Assembly: GCA_044235645.1 (NCBI GenBank)
Contig: JBIIHQ010000003.1
Coordinates: forward strand, 320 to 64,319
DNA length: 64,000 nt
From: Bdellovibrionota bacterium
GTDB lineage: Bacteria; Bdellovibrionota_C; UBA2361; OMIW01
Direction: 5' to 3'
Position numbers and translations under genes: made by a program. How positions within the stretch are numbered: position 1 is the first letter of the stretch; every line of letters begins with the position of its first letter. Below, piece by piece: positions 39,655 through 50,227 of this stretch. A model generated the notes under the pieces. That model made no database searches. It was given only the letters and a program-made list of their open reading frames with translations, and was not told the origin of the DNA.

Positions 39655-40386
39655 GTGCTCCCCTCGATGGATACCGAGCCCACCCTTTTTCTGATTCCTA
39701 CCCCGCTCGCTCCGGGAGAAGCTTCGTGGCTCGGCACTGTCGAGCGGGCGTCACTTGCGCCGCTAACTGTCTATCTCGTGGAGAACGAACGAACCGCGCG
39801 CCGATTTATCGGTTCGCTCGGCTTTCCCCGTCCCGTCTCTGCGTTATCATTTATTCGGTTCGACAAAGACGCGAGCCTTTCGGATGCTCGACAGATCCTT
39901 GCCTCGCTTCCTCCCGAGAGTTCAGCTGGAGTCCTATCGGAGGCGGGGGCCCCCTGTATCGCCGACCCCGGTGCGCTCCTCGTCCGTGCCGCACACGAGC
40001 GGGGAATGAAGGTTCGCCCCCTCATCGGGCCAAGCGCGATAATGCTCGCGCTGATGGCCTCTGGTCTCAATGGACAGCGATTTACCTTCCACGGATATCC
40101 CCCCGTCGAAGAGGGGGCGTGCCAAAAGTGGATCAAAACAATCGAAGAAACATCTCGTGGCCAAAACGCGACCCAGCTTTGGATAGAAACCCCGTACCGA
40201 ACCCGCCGAATGGCGGCGATTCTCACTGCGACTATCGCGGACGACACCCTTATATCGATCGCTCAGGATATCGGGGGTCCTCATGAGTCGATTCAAACTT
40301 TACGGGGCAGCCACCGCCACACCCTCTCCCCCCTGCATCCCAAGGCCCCCGCCGTTTTTGGATTGCTCCGAGGAACGTGGGATTAG
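39655..40386 (+). CDS. SAM-dependent tetrapyrrole-methylase-fold methyltransferase (RsmI-like 16S rRNA 2'-O-methyltransferase family)
   Basis: LFLIPTPLAPGEASWLG...LVENERTARRFI resembles the RsmI N-terminus LYLVPTPIGN...AEDTR. Confidence 0.65.
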   Translation: MLPSMDTEPTLFLIPTPLAPGEASWLGTVERASLAPLTVYLVENERTARRFIGSLGFPRPVSALSFIRFDKDASLSDARQILASLPPESSAGVLSEAGAPCIADPGALLVRAAHERGMKVRPLIGPSAIMLALMASGLNGQRFTFHGYPPVEEGACQKWIKTIEETSRGQNATQLWIETPYRTRRMAAILTATIADDTLISIAQDIGGPHESIQTLRGSHRHTLSPLHPKAPAVFGLLRGTWD

Positions 40387-40486
40387 CGACTCTCTGTCGA
40401 CCCATTTTTGGTTTTTTTTGGTCGAATCAGGTATCCTTCGACTAATTCGTCAACAGTCGCCATCGATTTGTCATCCCCTTTTTTTC

Positions 40487-41935
40487 ATGTCCCCCACCTC
40501 CGATACCGTAGCTTTCATGAGCGATCAAGCGGAAACCGACGCTGTCAGCCCGGACTCCATCGCTTCGCTACCGGTGTATCACATCGCCTCGTATCGCACC
40601 GCATCGGGGTCCCGACCATTTGGTCCCCTTCTTTCATACGCTGCAACCCTATCGTGCGGCCCTCTCTGGTATCTTCAGAACCGGGATAGCTCCCGCGAGA
40701 TTCTCGCCGTTGGTGCCATCGCGACCTTCCGGGCTGACTCCCTTGTCGACTTTCATCGTCGCTATCCTTGGCTGATGCCCAGTCTGCGGACACACCCCGC
40801 GGCGGAGTTCCTGATGCTCGTAGGAGGAACCTCGTTTGATGGAGAAGCTCCTGGTTCTTCATGGCCTGGCTTCAGCGCGGTTCACTTTATCCTCCCTCGC
40901 GAACTTCACCTCCGTCGCGGCGCCATCGTCGATGTGTATCAGTTCGGAGATTATACCGGGGAGCATACTCTCAAATCCGCCAATAGGACGGGAATGATCG
41001 CAATGGGAACCAGAGAGACTCCCACACCGGCCCCTCTTGCCACCTCGTGGGTCTCTTCACAACCCACCTTTGCTGAGTGGGCGAAAACTCTCGACGTCGC
41101 CCTTGCCGCAATTGAGCGGGGTGAGCTCGATAAGGTGGTACTCGCGCGACGAGCGGTAGCTTCTCTTAGCACCGCAATTCATCCTGCCCTCCTCCTTCAG
41201 CGACTCCTCGCCTCACCACAACCAGTTGCGCCCTACTTTTTTGCCCCCGGCTGCACATTGCGTCAAACATTTCTCGGCGCGACTCCAGAGCTTCTTTTCG
41301 CCCTTACCCCCGGCGTTGACAGCCCCACTGAGAAATCTCCTCACCTCGATCGCCCGCAGCCCGTGGCACCTTCGTTCACCATCCTCGATAGTGAAGCGCT
41401 TGCCGGGACCCTTTCACGACTCCCCGGCATGGCGACTCAAAGCGGACAGCTCCCCAACCTCACCACCGGATGCGAGAAGGAACGGGCCGAACATCAGTTC
41501 GTCGTCACTTCTATCCTCGAAAAACTACGAGCCATCGCCACAACGATCGACGCCCCTCAGGAGCCTCAGACCACTACGTTGCACGACCTTCATCACCTGA
41601 TAACCCCGATTCGAGCCCACCTCTCCACGTCCCCATCTCCTCTCGATATCATAGCGCGCCTCCACCCCACCCCCGCCGTTGGTGGCACCCCGCCAGAGGC
41701 TGCGCGCTCCTTTATCCGCGATCATGAATCCTTTGAAAGAGGCTGGTACGCCGGAACGATTGGGTATATTACAAACGAGCGTTCTGAGTTTTACGTGAGC
41801 CTTCGCTCAGCCTTGCTCATCGAAGATGAACTCACCGCTTACGTCGGCGCTGGCATAGTCAAGGGCTCGACGGCGGCGCAGGAATGGCGAGAGCTGGATT
41901 TAAAGCAGCAACGACTTGTCGCAAGTGTGGCGTGA
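40487..41935 (+). CDS. menF: Isochorismate synthase
   Basis: Chorismate-binding C-terminal domain (GGTPPEAARSFIRDHESFERGWYAGTIGY...). It lies immediately upstream of menD and menH. The start is either 40487 or 40517; the ORF itself starts at 40283. Confidence 0.75.
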   Translation: MSPTSDTVAFMSDQAETDAVSPDSIASLPVYHIASYRTASGSRPFGPLLSYAATLSCGPLWYLQNRDSSREILAVGAIATFRADSLVDFHRRYPWLMPSLRTHPAAEFLMLVGGTSFDGEAPGSSWPGFSAVHFILPRELHLRRGAIVDVYQFGDYTGEHTLKSANRTGMIAMGTRETPTPAPLATSWVSSQPTFAEWAKTLDVALAAIERGELDKVVLARRAVASLSTAIHPALLLQRLLASPQPVAPYFFAPGCTLRQTFLGATPELLFALTPGVDSPTEKSPHLDRPQPVAPSFTILDSEALAGTLSRLPGMATQSGQLPNLTTGCEKERAEHQFVVTSILEKLRAIATTIDAPQEPQTTTLHDLHHLITPIRAHLSTSPSPLDIIARLHPTPAVGGTPPEAARSFIRDHESFERGWYAGTIGYITNERSEFYVSLRSALLIEDELTAYVGAGIVKGSTAAQEWRELDLKQQRLVASVA

Positions 41936-42018
41936 TGAGTAGTGGGGGTATTTTTCCTGAAACGCCCTCCGCCAGAACCAATCGAAAAAAGTGCGCCCGT
42001 CGTCATCGAGAAGAAAAC

Positions 42019-43896
42019 ATGACCACCTTCCTCGGCTACAACCATCTCATCGCCACCCTCATAATCGAAGAGCTGCACCGATTGGGGGTACGCACGTTTG
42101 TGCTATCCCCCGGTTCTCGGTCGACTCCCCTCGCGAAGGCGCTCGAGCATTATCACGATCATGCGATTGTCCATATCGACGAACGGGCAGCGGGATTTTT
42201 TGGGTGGGGTGCGGCGCTCGGGACCGGGGTCCCTGCGGTCCTGATCTGCACGTCAGGAACAGCGATCGCCCACTACCTTCCAGCAGTCATCGAAGCATCG
42301 CAGTCGGCGGTGCCCTTGATCGTGCTCTCAGCGGATCGCCCGACCGAACTGATCGATACCGGTGCTAATCAGACAATTCGTCATCGCGGGATATTCTCTC
42401 ACTACATCCGGTATGACGCCGCAATCGAGGCTCCCTCGTCGACGACATCCACTCCTCTGGTTATACGGCTCATCGATGAGGTGTACGCGCGTTCTCTTGG
42501 CCCCCTGCCCGGCCCGGTGCACCTTAACGTCGCATTCCGGCTTCCTCTTCTTGAGCCCAACAACACCGTGGCTCTACCACACGAGCTCGCTGCGTGGTAC
42601 GCCTCGCAACAGCCACTGTGTGTAACAACCTACGGAGGAATAACGAAGGGAATAACTCCCGACCCAACACGTGCGTGGGCAGAATCGCCCACCTCTCCCC
42701 TCCTTGCCCGCATCGAAGCCGAGATACGGAGTTCACATCGCGGCGTGATCGTCGTTGCAGGATACCACCCCCGCAACGGTGCTCCGGCAGTGAATCCAGC
42801 CTCCTCGATATGCGAACTCGCTGAGCTCCTCGGGTGGCCGATTGTGGCTGATGTCACATCGCAAGTGCGGATCGGAGGGGAGAGTTCCATGGAACGTACC
42901 TCGATCTTTCGGGAAGCAAGCATCCTCTACGAACTCCCCACTGCTCGCGAACAGCTTGCACCCGATCTTATTATCCATATCGGCACTCAGCCGGTAGCAA
43001 GCTCGCTCCTCCAGCTCCTCTCGCGGTGCCCCTCGGTCATTCACCTTGCTCACCATTCGCTTCGGTCTGATTCGGTCGGAAATAACATCACATCAGCTCC
43101 GCTGCACCCCGCAGAACTAGTAGGTTATTTACGCGGTCGACTAAGACCCAATGCCGAATCACCCGATATTCCTCCAATTGTACCATCAGATCTCACCGCC
43201 GTTTATCGGCGCATTCACGAGATATGCCGGGCATCTTACCCCCTATTTGCAGTTGCATACGACAATTCAGAGGGCGCCTTTATCGAGACTATCCTTGCGG
43301 AGATGCCTACCGACTGGCAATTATACCTCGCCAACAGCCTCCCAATCCGTCTCGCAGATTGCTCGCTTCATCACCTCGCGGTCGAACCCTCTCCGAAGCA
43401 ACCTGTGTCTGTGCGACCCACCTCCATCGGCTATCACAGAGGCGCAAGTGGCATAGATGGCACCATCGCTGCCGCGAGTGGATTCGCTCACGCGACCGGA
43501 ACCCCAACCGTTGCTATCGTCGGTGATCTTGCGACCCTTCACGATTGCACCTCGCTTCTTCTTGCCCGCCGTTCCCGTGCGCCCGTTATCACCATCATCA
43601 TCAACAACGGTGGAGGAGGGATCTTCTCTACTCTTCCAAACCTCGCTGATCAGGCCGGTTTTAGAGATTTTTTCCTTACCCCTCAATCAGTCAACTTTGC
43701 GGGAGCTGCACTTCTTGCTGGGGTGCCATATCACCACGTTACCGATACAGTCGCTCTGCGAGACGTGTTCGCACGAACCGTTGCTGAAAAATGCCCCGTC
43801 GTTATTGAGGTCACTGTTGGATGGGAACATACCCAACCATCCCTCGTGGCACGTCGTGCCGTGATGGAAGAGGCATTCGCACAGGTGTCAATCTAA
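42019..43896 (+). CDS. menD: 2-succinyl-5-enolpyruvyl-6-hydroxy-3-cyclohexene-1-carboxylate synthase
   Basis: ThDP-enzyme architecture, with an N-terminal TPP-binding fold (TFVLSPGSRSTPL) and a C-terminal GDLATLHD segment. Operon context supports the call. Confidence 0.8.
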   Translation: MTTFLGYNHLIATLIIEELHRLGVRTFVLSPGSRSTPLAKALEHYHDHAIVHIDERAAGFFGWGAALGTGVPAVLICTSGTAIAHYLPAVIEASQSAVPLIVLSADRPTELIDTGANQTIRHRGIFSHYIRYDAAIEAPSSTTSTPLVIRLIDEVYARSLGPLPGPVHLNVAFRLPLLEPNNTVALPHELAAWYASQQPLCVTTYGGITKGITPDPTRAWAESPTSPLLARIEAEIRSSHRGVIVVAGYHPRNGAPAVNPASSICELAELLGWPIVADVTSQVRIGGESSMERTSIFREASILYELPTAREQLAPDLIIHIGTQPVASSLLQLLSRCPSVIHLAHHSLRSDSVGNNITSAPLHPAELVGYLRGRLRPNAESPDIPPIVPSDLTAVYRRIHEICRASYPLFAVAYDNSEGAFIETILAEMPTDWQLYLANSLPIRLADCSLHHLAVEPSPKQPVSVRPTSIGYHRGASGIDGTIAAASGFAHATGTPTVAIVGDLATLHDCTSLLLARRSRAPVITIIINNGGGGIFSTLPNLADQAGFRDFFLTPQSVNFAGAALLAGVPYHHVTDTVALRDVFARTVAEKCPVVIEVTVGWEHTQPSLVARRAVMEEAFAQVSI

Positions 43897-43905
43897 CCAC
43901 TCCAT

Positions 43906-44748
43906 ATGGTCAACTCCCTTGCCTTTCAGACCATTCTTGCTGCCCCCACTCTTGCTCCAGCGCCCCCCCTTCTCCTTATCCACGGATGGCTCGGATCGGC
44001 ACACGACTGGCGCCCAATTATCGACTGCCTTTCTTCGGTTAATCATTCACTCCAGCGCCATGTTGTTGCCGTCGATCTCCCCGGTCATGGTGAATCCCCC
44101 CCCTGGGATGATGGCACGCTCACCTTTTCATCGCTTTGCGACTCGCTCGCGTCTCTCATAATCGAGCAATTTACCGCAACTCCACCAATAATTGTCGGAT
44201 ACTCACTCGGCGGACGGCTCGCGCTTCAACTCGCGCGTCGGCATCCGAAATTACTCCACTCCCTCGTCATGATCGCGGCACACCCCGGATTGCCGAGCGA
44301 TAGCGAGACAAAAACCGCATCATCATCGCGGGCAGAGCGGTTTGCGCTCGACCTCGCCCGAGCGCACGAAGTGACCACCACCCCGTGGCCGGTGTTCATC
44401 GAGCGCTGGTACGATCTTGGCATCTTCGCCTCACTGCGAGCTCACCCCGTCATCCGCGATCAGATCATCACTCAACGACTTGCCCATCCGCCTACCGCAC
44501 CGGCTCCTCTTCTCACCGCCCTCAGTGTCGCCCACCAACCCCCTCCTCCTCGAACGGTCGCAACCCCCACCCATCAGATTGTCGGCTCGCTCGACCCAGC
44601 CTACCACCACCTCGCTCACGGAGCCCCATGGATGAAGGCCGCCACTCACCATCGCATAACCGTGATCGAGGGTGTGGGGCATGCGGTGGTGTACGAGGCA
44701 GCGCGAGAGGTAGCTGCGTTACTAATCGGTGGTGGAGGTGTTCGATGA
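43906..44748 (+). CDS. menH: 2-succinyl-6-hydroxy-2,4-cyclohexadiene-1-carboxylate synthase (alpha/beta hydrolase)
   Basis: LLLIHGWLGSAHDW and GYSLGGRLA (nucleophile elbow) mark an alpha/beta hydrolase fold. The gene follows menD. Confidence 0.7.
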   Translation: MVNSLAFQTILAAPTLAPAPPLLLIHGWLGSAHDWRPIIDCLSSVNHSLQRHVVAVDLPGHGESPPWDDGTLTFSSLCDSLASLIIEQFTATPPIIVGYSLGGRLALQLARRHPKLLHSLVMIAAHPGLPSDSETKTASSSRAERFALDLARAHEVTTTPWPVFIERWYDLGIFASLRAHPVIRDQIITQRLAHPPTAPAPLLTALSVAHQPPPPRTVATPTHQIVGSLDPAYHHLAHGAPWMKAATHHRITVIEGVGHAVVYEAAREVAALLIGGGGVR

Positions 44749-44847
44749 AAATCCAACAAGTAACGAAAGTGCACTCCGCGATTCTGCACCACAGGTATCG
44801 CTCCTCAGAGCGATTTCAGTCGGGCCGCCACCAGACTCGGAGCAAAG

Positions 44848-45156
44848 TTGACCGCAAGGGGTTTACTGGCTAGAGTCATCGAGACGTGCAGGTTAATGAT
44901 GACGGATTCAATTTCAGGGAAGGTCACAGAAATACGCAGGGACCTCATCTCCTTGAGGTTCGGGGCCATTACGCTGAAACTTAAGGTTAACAGGAATCTC
45001 TTGGCGGGCATATCCGTTGGAGACACCGTGGACATCCTCAGCACCGATGATTCTGGCGTCGTGCAGAAAGTTACAGTTGCGACGGGCGTTAAAAAGGGCC
45101 CTCCCTCGCCCTCAATAATCGGTCGAGTAGCTACCGATCTCCGCAAGACAGAGTGA
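44848..45156 (+). CDS. Small TOBE/Mop-like domain protein (tentative)
   Basis: SISGKVTEIRRDLISLRFGAITLKLKV...GISVGDTVDILSTDDSGVVQKVTV follows the beta-rich TOBE pattern. The gene lies immediately upstream of the 991-aa orphan gene. Confidence 0.3.
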   Translation: MTARGLLARVIETCRLMMTDSISGKVTEIRRDLISLRFGAITLKLKVNRNLLAGISVGDTVDILSTDDSGVVQKVTVATGVKKGPPSPSIIGRVATDLRKTE

Positions 45157-45220
45157 CCTTTGCTCTTTTCGGAGGAGCTCCCCCGGAGCTCTTCCTTTTC
45201 TCATCAACCAGCAGCAGTAC

Positions 45221-48196
45221 ATGAATTCTCCCGCACCTCTCCAGTGTCCGTCTCCTTATCGTCTATTCACTATCCACCCCTCCGGTCTCTCTAAAGGAGA
45301 CTACCAACCCAAATCTTCCCTCTCTGCTCCCTGCCTTCCCCCTGGTAACACGCCGATCGAAGACCTCCCCCCGTTTGTTCAGCGGATCGCTGAGGCCTTC
45401 TCAACCCGACAGGCACTCCTCGCCTATGCGCGACATGTGGCTATTGGCGGGCGCGACGTTCGTCCGACTCTCCCCCTTGCAACCCACTGGATTGATGCCC
45501 TTGATGGAACGAACCTGATAGCTCTGAGGGACGGCAATCCATGGCAGGCTGACGCTACCCCCTCCTCCGACACTCATTACCGATCGTTCCCCGCATCGGT
45601 TCTCTGTTATGAGAGCCATCTCGCTGAATTCAGGTACGACTGGGAACGCAGCTCACGATTATTTCTCTTGAGACTCCCCGATAGCGAGCACCAGGAGATT
45701 CTTGCAAACTGTTCGGATGGCCCCAGACCGACCGTTCCAGAGGCGTTTGGTTATCTGAGATACACCACACAATCGGACGGATCTATCTGTATCTTAGAGA
45801 TTCACAACGAACTTTTCGGTCGACTTACCTCGAGCATCCTCAAGGAGCAGTACCAAGACTGGGCGGTCGAACTTCTTGATGGCTTCACCCAATATGTCGC
45901 GCGTGCTGCCGATATAGTGAGCGTTATCGTCAAGCCCGAGGACGCCCAACGTTTTAATAAAAATCTGACCCGAACCATCATCATTCCCCCAGCGTCAATG
46001 ATGGAGGAAAGGTACGGCGATCTCGATTGCGGGCGCCCCACCCCCTGGGCGCAGCAGAACGAGGATGGCCTCTGGTATCTACCAGGGATAGACACCGCGC
46101 AGATCGTCGAACGATACGTTGAAGCACCGACCCGATTGGGATTTGAGCAGCAGACCCTCGAGGGCTCTTTTTTTGCTAATAAAGAGGAGCTACCCCGAAT
46201 AACCGAGGGACTCATCCTCAAGGTACTCTCTCCCCACTCAGACCGAGTAGTTCCGAAAAACACTCTCATCACCGAGCTCCTCCATCGCTGCTCTGCTGCC
46301 CCACCCGCAAGTCCTTCTCACAACAAACTTGATTATTTTAAACGGGCGGCGGAGGTTCTTTCGTCATATATCAACGGTGGCGACATCGAATCACCCCGCC
46401 TTCTGAGGACACTCTCGGTGCCGTCGGTGAGACCCAACGCACTCACGCTAGCCCCCTCCTTCGAGGTAGCCCCCGCTTTCACCGTCAGCCTTGAGGAGAT
46501 AATTCCGCCCTCCCTCGTCCAGGGTCTGAGGGAAAAATCTCCTGAATTCGCCTCTCATCTCCGCGAACTAACCGCGGTCCTTAACCGCCTCATCGATCCG
46601 AACTTCACCGTCATAAGCCGAGGATTCCAAGGGGGCATGGCCGATGATTGGGCTGAACTACCAGATCCTGAGCTTCCTCCGGGTTGCTACCTCTTTTTCG
46701 TCCAAGCACCTCATCAGAATAGACACCCCTCAATCCGAGTGGTGGTTGTCGATGATTCGAAAAACCATCGTATGTACTACCTGGGAATTAAGGGAGCAGG
46801 GATCGCCGAGCTCGGCGGCTGGCCCGTCCATAAACCCGGAACGGGAGAACGTGCCCCGATCTATCGAACAGAAGGAAAGGATTCATTCGATCGGGCACCG
46901 TGGTGGGGTGGACTGACCTCTGTCGAGGCTCTTGAAGAAGCCCGCTATTCGCTCGCCCTTGCGACCCATCTCGCTGAGTTTCTTCCACACCTCGCAGACC
47001 GGGCATTAATCCCCCTTCGTCTCTCACTTCCCACCATGCTTCCCACCTGGAGCGAGAGCGACACGAGTTGGCAACTTCCGGAAGACTATGCCACGACGGT
47101 GCTCTCTCTCGGCCGACAGAGCTCAGCGCCTCCTGAGATTCACCAAGGCGAATCACCTAAGGAAGCCTCCGACCGCACCCAAAGCGTTACCATCGCGGGG
47201 GGCGAAGATCTCAACATTCTCGACCAGGTCGTCCGAGACACCGAAACCCTGCCTTCAGCACCGGATGAGGCCGCCATCATAGGACCCAGCAATCTGCTTG
47301 AGGACTACCCTGTCGAGCATCTCGTCGTACCGGAGGCATCGCCACAACCTGAACCGCCTCCCCCCGAGCTTGCTACCCTTATCTCAACCTTTCCAAGCGA
47401 CGTTCGTATCCACACCTTTTTCGATCGCATTTTCAATGGACCGCGGAATCAAGACACCCCTTTCGATCCCATCCGAGATATCAACAAGACGATGCGGTTC
47501 CTCTACAATGTGCATGGATTCTCTCTGAATGAACCAACCGAGCAGTACGTTCCTCCTGACCTCATCCTCGACCCGCCCGCGATCTGCGAATATCTCGCGA
47601 TAATTGCCGAACTCAACAAGGAAAACGCCCAAGAGATCTACCGACGAGTCTGCGGTGACACCCTCGCGATCATCGAATCAGTTCACCACCGAGGCGGTCA
47701 TCTTGGCGGAGGGCGAATCGAGCCAACGCTGGGGGTAATAGTAGGTGCGAGGAACGGGGGTGTGACCGCGATGAGAAACATCGATATCGGAGGGGGAAAT
47801 CAGAGCGGAAAAGGGGCGGGCATGCACGACGTCAGCGCATTATGCTACTTTCCATGGATGAACTCCCCGAGGGATCATTCCGACGATCAGTGGTACCACC
47901 AGCAGTACCTCAACACGCTTCAGGCGTTTGACCTCAGCTATTGGGCTGAAATGGAGCAATGTATGCGCATCTTTCTCACTGGCGCTCCGTATGAGAAAGG
48001 CGCCCGATGGATACGCCACCAGCTGACCGCCCTCAATGACGTCACCCTCTACTCCGCAGCCCCCTCAACCTCCAACATCCTGGCGGCAGCAAAGCTTATT
48101 CAAGAAGCCGAGCAGACACGAGCGCGCGTATCGATCGATGAAGTTAAAGGGCTTGTTATCCCCTCGGTGCTCCATCTCCTTTTCTCAGACTCATAG
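45221..48196 (+). CDS. Large orphan protein (991 aa) with a Gly-rich segment near the C-terminus. It belongs to a locally repeated gene family.
   Basis: Long uninterrupted ORF. No known domain recognised. Its C-terminal region (HHRGGHLGGGRIEPTLGVIVGARNGGVTAMRNIDIGGGNQSGKGAGMHD...) has a degraded paralogous copy at 50228..50690. Confidence 0.6.
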   Translation: MNSPAPLQCPSPYRLFTIHPSGLSKGDYQPKSSLSAPCLPPGNTPIEDLPPFVQRIAEAFSTRQALLAYARHVAIGGRDVRPTLPLATHWIDALDGTNLIALRDGNPWQADATPSSDTHYRSFPASVLCYESHLAEFRYDWERSSRLFLLRLPDSEHQEILANCSDGPRPTVPEAFGYLRYTTQSDGSICILEIHNELFGRLTSSILKEQYQDWAVELLDGFTQYVARAADIVSVIVKPEDAQRFNKNLTRTIIIPPASMMEERYGDLDCGRPTPWAQQNEDGLWYLPGIDTAQIVERYVEAPTRLGFEQQTLEGSFFANKEELPRITEGLILKVLSPHSDRVVPKNTLITELLHRCSAAPPASPSHNKLDYFKRAAEVLSSYINGGDIESPRLLRTLSVPSVRPNALTLAPSFEVAPAFTVSLEEIIPPSLVQGLREKSPEFASHLRELTAVLNRLIDPNFTVISRGFQGGMADDWAELPDPELPPGCYLFFVQAPHQNRHPSIRVVVVDDSKNHRMYYLGIKGAGIAELGGWPVHKPGTGERAPIYRTEGKDSFDRAPWWGGLTSVEALEEARYSLALATHLAEFLPHLADRALIPLRLSLPTMLPTWSESDTSWQLPEDYATTVLSLGRQSSAPPEIHQGESPKEASDRTQSVTIAGGEDLNILDQVVRDTETLPSAPDEAAIIGPSNLLEDYPVEHLVVPEASPQPEPPPPELATLISTFPSDVRIHTFFDRIFNGPRNQDTPFDPIRDINKTMRFLYNVHGFSLNEPTEQYVPPDLILDPPAICEYLAIIAELNKENAQEIYRRVCGDTLAIIESVHHRGGHLGGGRIEPTLGVIVGARNGGVTAMRNIDIGGGNQSGKGAGMHDVSALCYFPWMNSPRDHSDDQWYHQQYLNTLQAFDLSYWAEMEQCMRIFLTGAPYEKGARWIRHQLTALNDVTLYSAAPSTSNILAAAKLIQEAEQTRARVSIDEVKGLVIPSVLHLLFSDS

Positions 48197-48976
48197 AGGC
48201 TCCCTCAACAAGTACAGCATCTGGAGGCGGGATTATCGCTAAATAGGACTTATCCTCAATCAAAACAGTATCTGAGCCCTCCATCTCTTCTTCTCAGACT
48301 CATAGAGGTACGCCCCGACACTGGCACAGCCATTGGGGGTGAGAACCTCTATCGGTGGGAGAATAAATAGCCAAGTGGCTATAACTTTGGAACAAATTGT
48401 AAAACTCAGCGCCGCGCCGACCCGCATTTTCTCTCGCTCGTGTGCTGCTCGAGCTTGGGCAATTTTTTTGGGGCCCCCGAGACGCGCTTTGTCGGCTCGG
48501 GGGCTTATTCACCCTCTCACTCTCAACTTTCTCTCTTTCCCAGAGACTCTGCCAGACGTATCCGAACTGCGTTGCGACCCATTGTCCCCTCCATGTGGCC
48601 TCTACAGCGGGATAGCTGGAGGATGAGTACATGGTGGCACAGATGAATGGCATGAGTGCCGACGCAGCTTCTTCGGGCAGTGTGCCGGGGTACTTTAACA
48701 CGAGTCGAGGTCCCCCCGCGTCGTCGCCTATTCTCCAGGTTCGCCGATTATCGGACAGCTGGAAGGCCACCGAAGAGGCCAAAAGATCTTGAGAAATATC
48801 ACCAAGAATTTCAACGAACTCTTCTTTCCGGGACGGAAGACAAACCAGTTTTTTCATTTTCTTTTGAAGAAAATAACCTCCGAAGTATCCGCCGCCCAAC
48901 GCCGAAAAATCAACCCCTCCCCCCAAAAAACCTCTCTATCTCAGACTCATGGAGATTCCCCCACACGAGCACAGCC
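48180..48976. repeat. Three dispersed copies (48180..48199, 48284..48331, 48931..48976) of the terminal ~45 bp of the 991-aa gene plus its immediate downstream sequence
   Basis: The motif tc.tctcagactcat.gag...cccc.aca..g.cacagcc is seen directly three times. Confidence 0.6.
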
Positions 48977-49173
48977 GCTGAGGACGGGAATCAGGAGCTT
49001 TTTTCCAAAAACGCCCCGATGGTTTGGGGGGATTGGGATTTTGATGCTATCAAAATCCGCTATTCCCGGAATTTTTTTGATAAAAAGAGCTTTGAAGGTG
49101 TGGCTCTCCGAGCGCGGCTGAGAGTCGCGGGTAGGAGAGGGAATTTTAAACGGCCGTTTCCCGAAGGGACGCC

Positions 49174-50169
49174 TTAGGTCATCGGCCAAACGTAAGGACG
49201 ATACGTGCCTTCGGGGAAATCAACGGAGAGATCCCCACTTCGGTACGCTTCAGAGGCGGCTTTAAACCGAAAGTAGATATCGAAGTACCACGCTTTCATC
49301 TCGGCGCGACGAATGTTGCACGCCGATAGGACACGAGGGCGATGAGTGGTAGGGCTCGAGGTTCTTGTGGATTTTGGTAACGAGCCTGGCTTGATTCGTT
49401 TAAGGGCGGTTCGACCGAGAAAGCGCTTCCCCTCAGCAGCTCGGGCTTTGAGGATCTCTTGACGACGTTCCTCAAGCCGACGAGTCATGAGGAGGGCGTA
49501 CTCCTTCTGGGAGAGCTTTTCGTAGCCGGGGAGACGGGCGTATTGAAGGGTGAACTCCTCGAGAAAATCTCTCTTGTTGACCTTTTTCCCCCACCGAGAG
49601 GCTTTGTAGTAGGCGGTCCAGTTCATGACCTTAAAGGTTCTCTTTATCCCCCACACGGCGTCATGGAAGCAGTTGTAGCCAGGGTAGTCAGAGATTTTTT
49701 CAACAAGGCCATCCTTGACCGGCTGGAGGACGGCGTAAAAGAAGTAGTTCTCGATATCAGTGCGGTCCGCGAGAAACTCGTTTGAATATCTTCTGCCCCA
49801 GACACCACCGCCCGAATATGAGGGTGTATATCGGGGGACGGCGCGGGCTATCGTTGATTTGAGGTCACGCAGGAAGTGGGCGCGATTATTCTTGTTGTTA
49901 TGCGCGACGATGTGCAGGTGGTTGCCCTCAATAGCAAAGCCGTAGAGGGTGATCGTACGCCGAGTGGCGTACTTGGCAGTCAGCCCAAGAATCCGCTGCT
50001 CGAGGGATTCGTTGTTGACGAACCAGAGACGCGAATCTCTGGTTCGACTCGTGATAAAGTCTGAGTGTTCGTTCGTTTCGATGCGGGGATGGCAGCCCAT
50101 CGGTGTTGTCCTCCGAGAGAGATAAAGTAGATCTCTCTCGGTTCGACACGTTGAAGAAATAGTTGCCAA
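49174..50169 (-). mobile_element. IS200/IS605-family HUH (Y1) transposase-domain protein, long form (331 aa)
   Basis: LYGFAIEGNHLHIVAH provides the HuH motif. YAVLQPVKDGLVEKISDYPGYNCF matches the Y..NPVKAGLV..DYPWSS catalytic-Tyr helix of Y1/RAYT transposases. The gene is flanked by repeats and by a pseudogene fragment. Confidence 0.7.
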
Positions 50170-50227
50170 AAAGTGGGGACATTTCTCTGAAAATGAAGCA
50201 GGATTCCACTGGGTCCCCTCTCCTCAG

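Noticed and set aside
48300-49177. ORFs 48300..48926 (minus) and 48656..49177 (plus) between the 991-aa gene and the transposase gene
   Set aside because: The region is made of repeated gene-end fragments and homopolymer-rich sequence. The ORFs have odd composition and no start context. They are more likely non-coding mobile-element or scar sequence.
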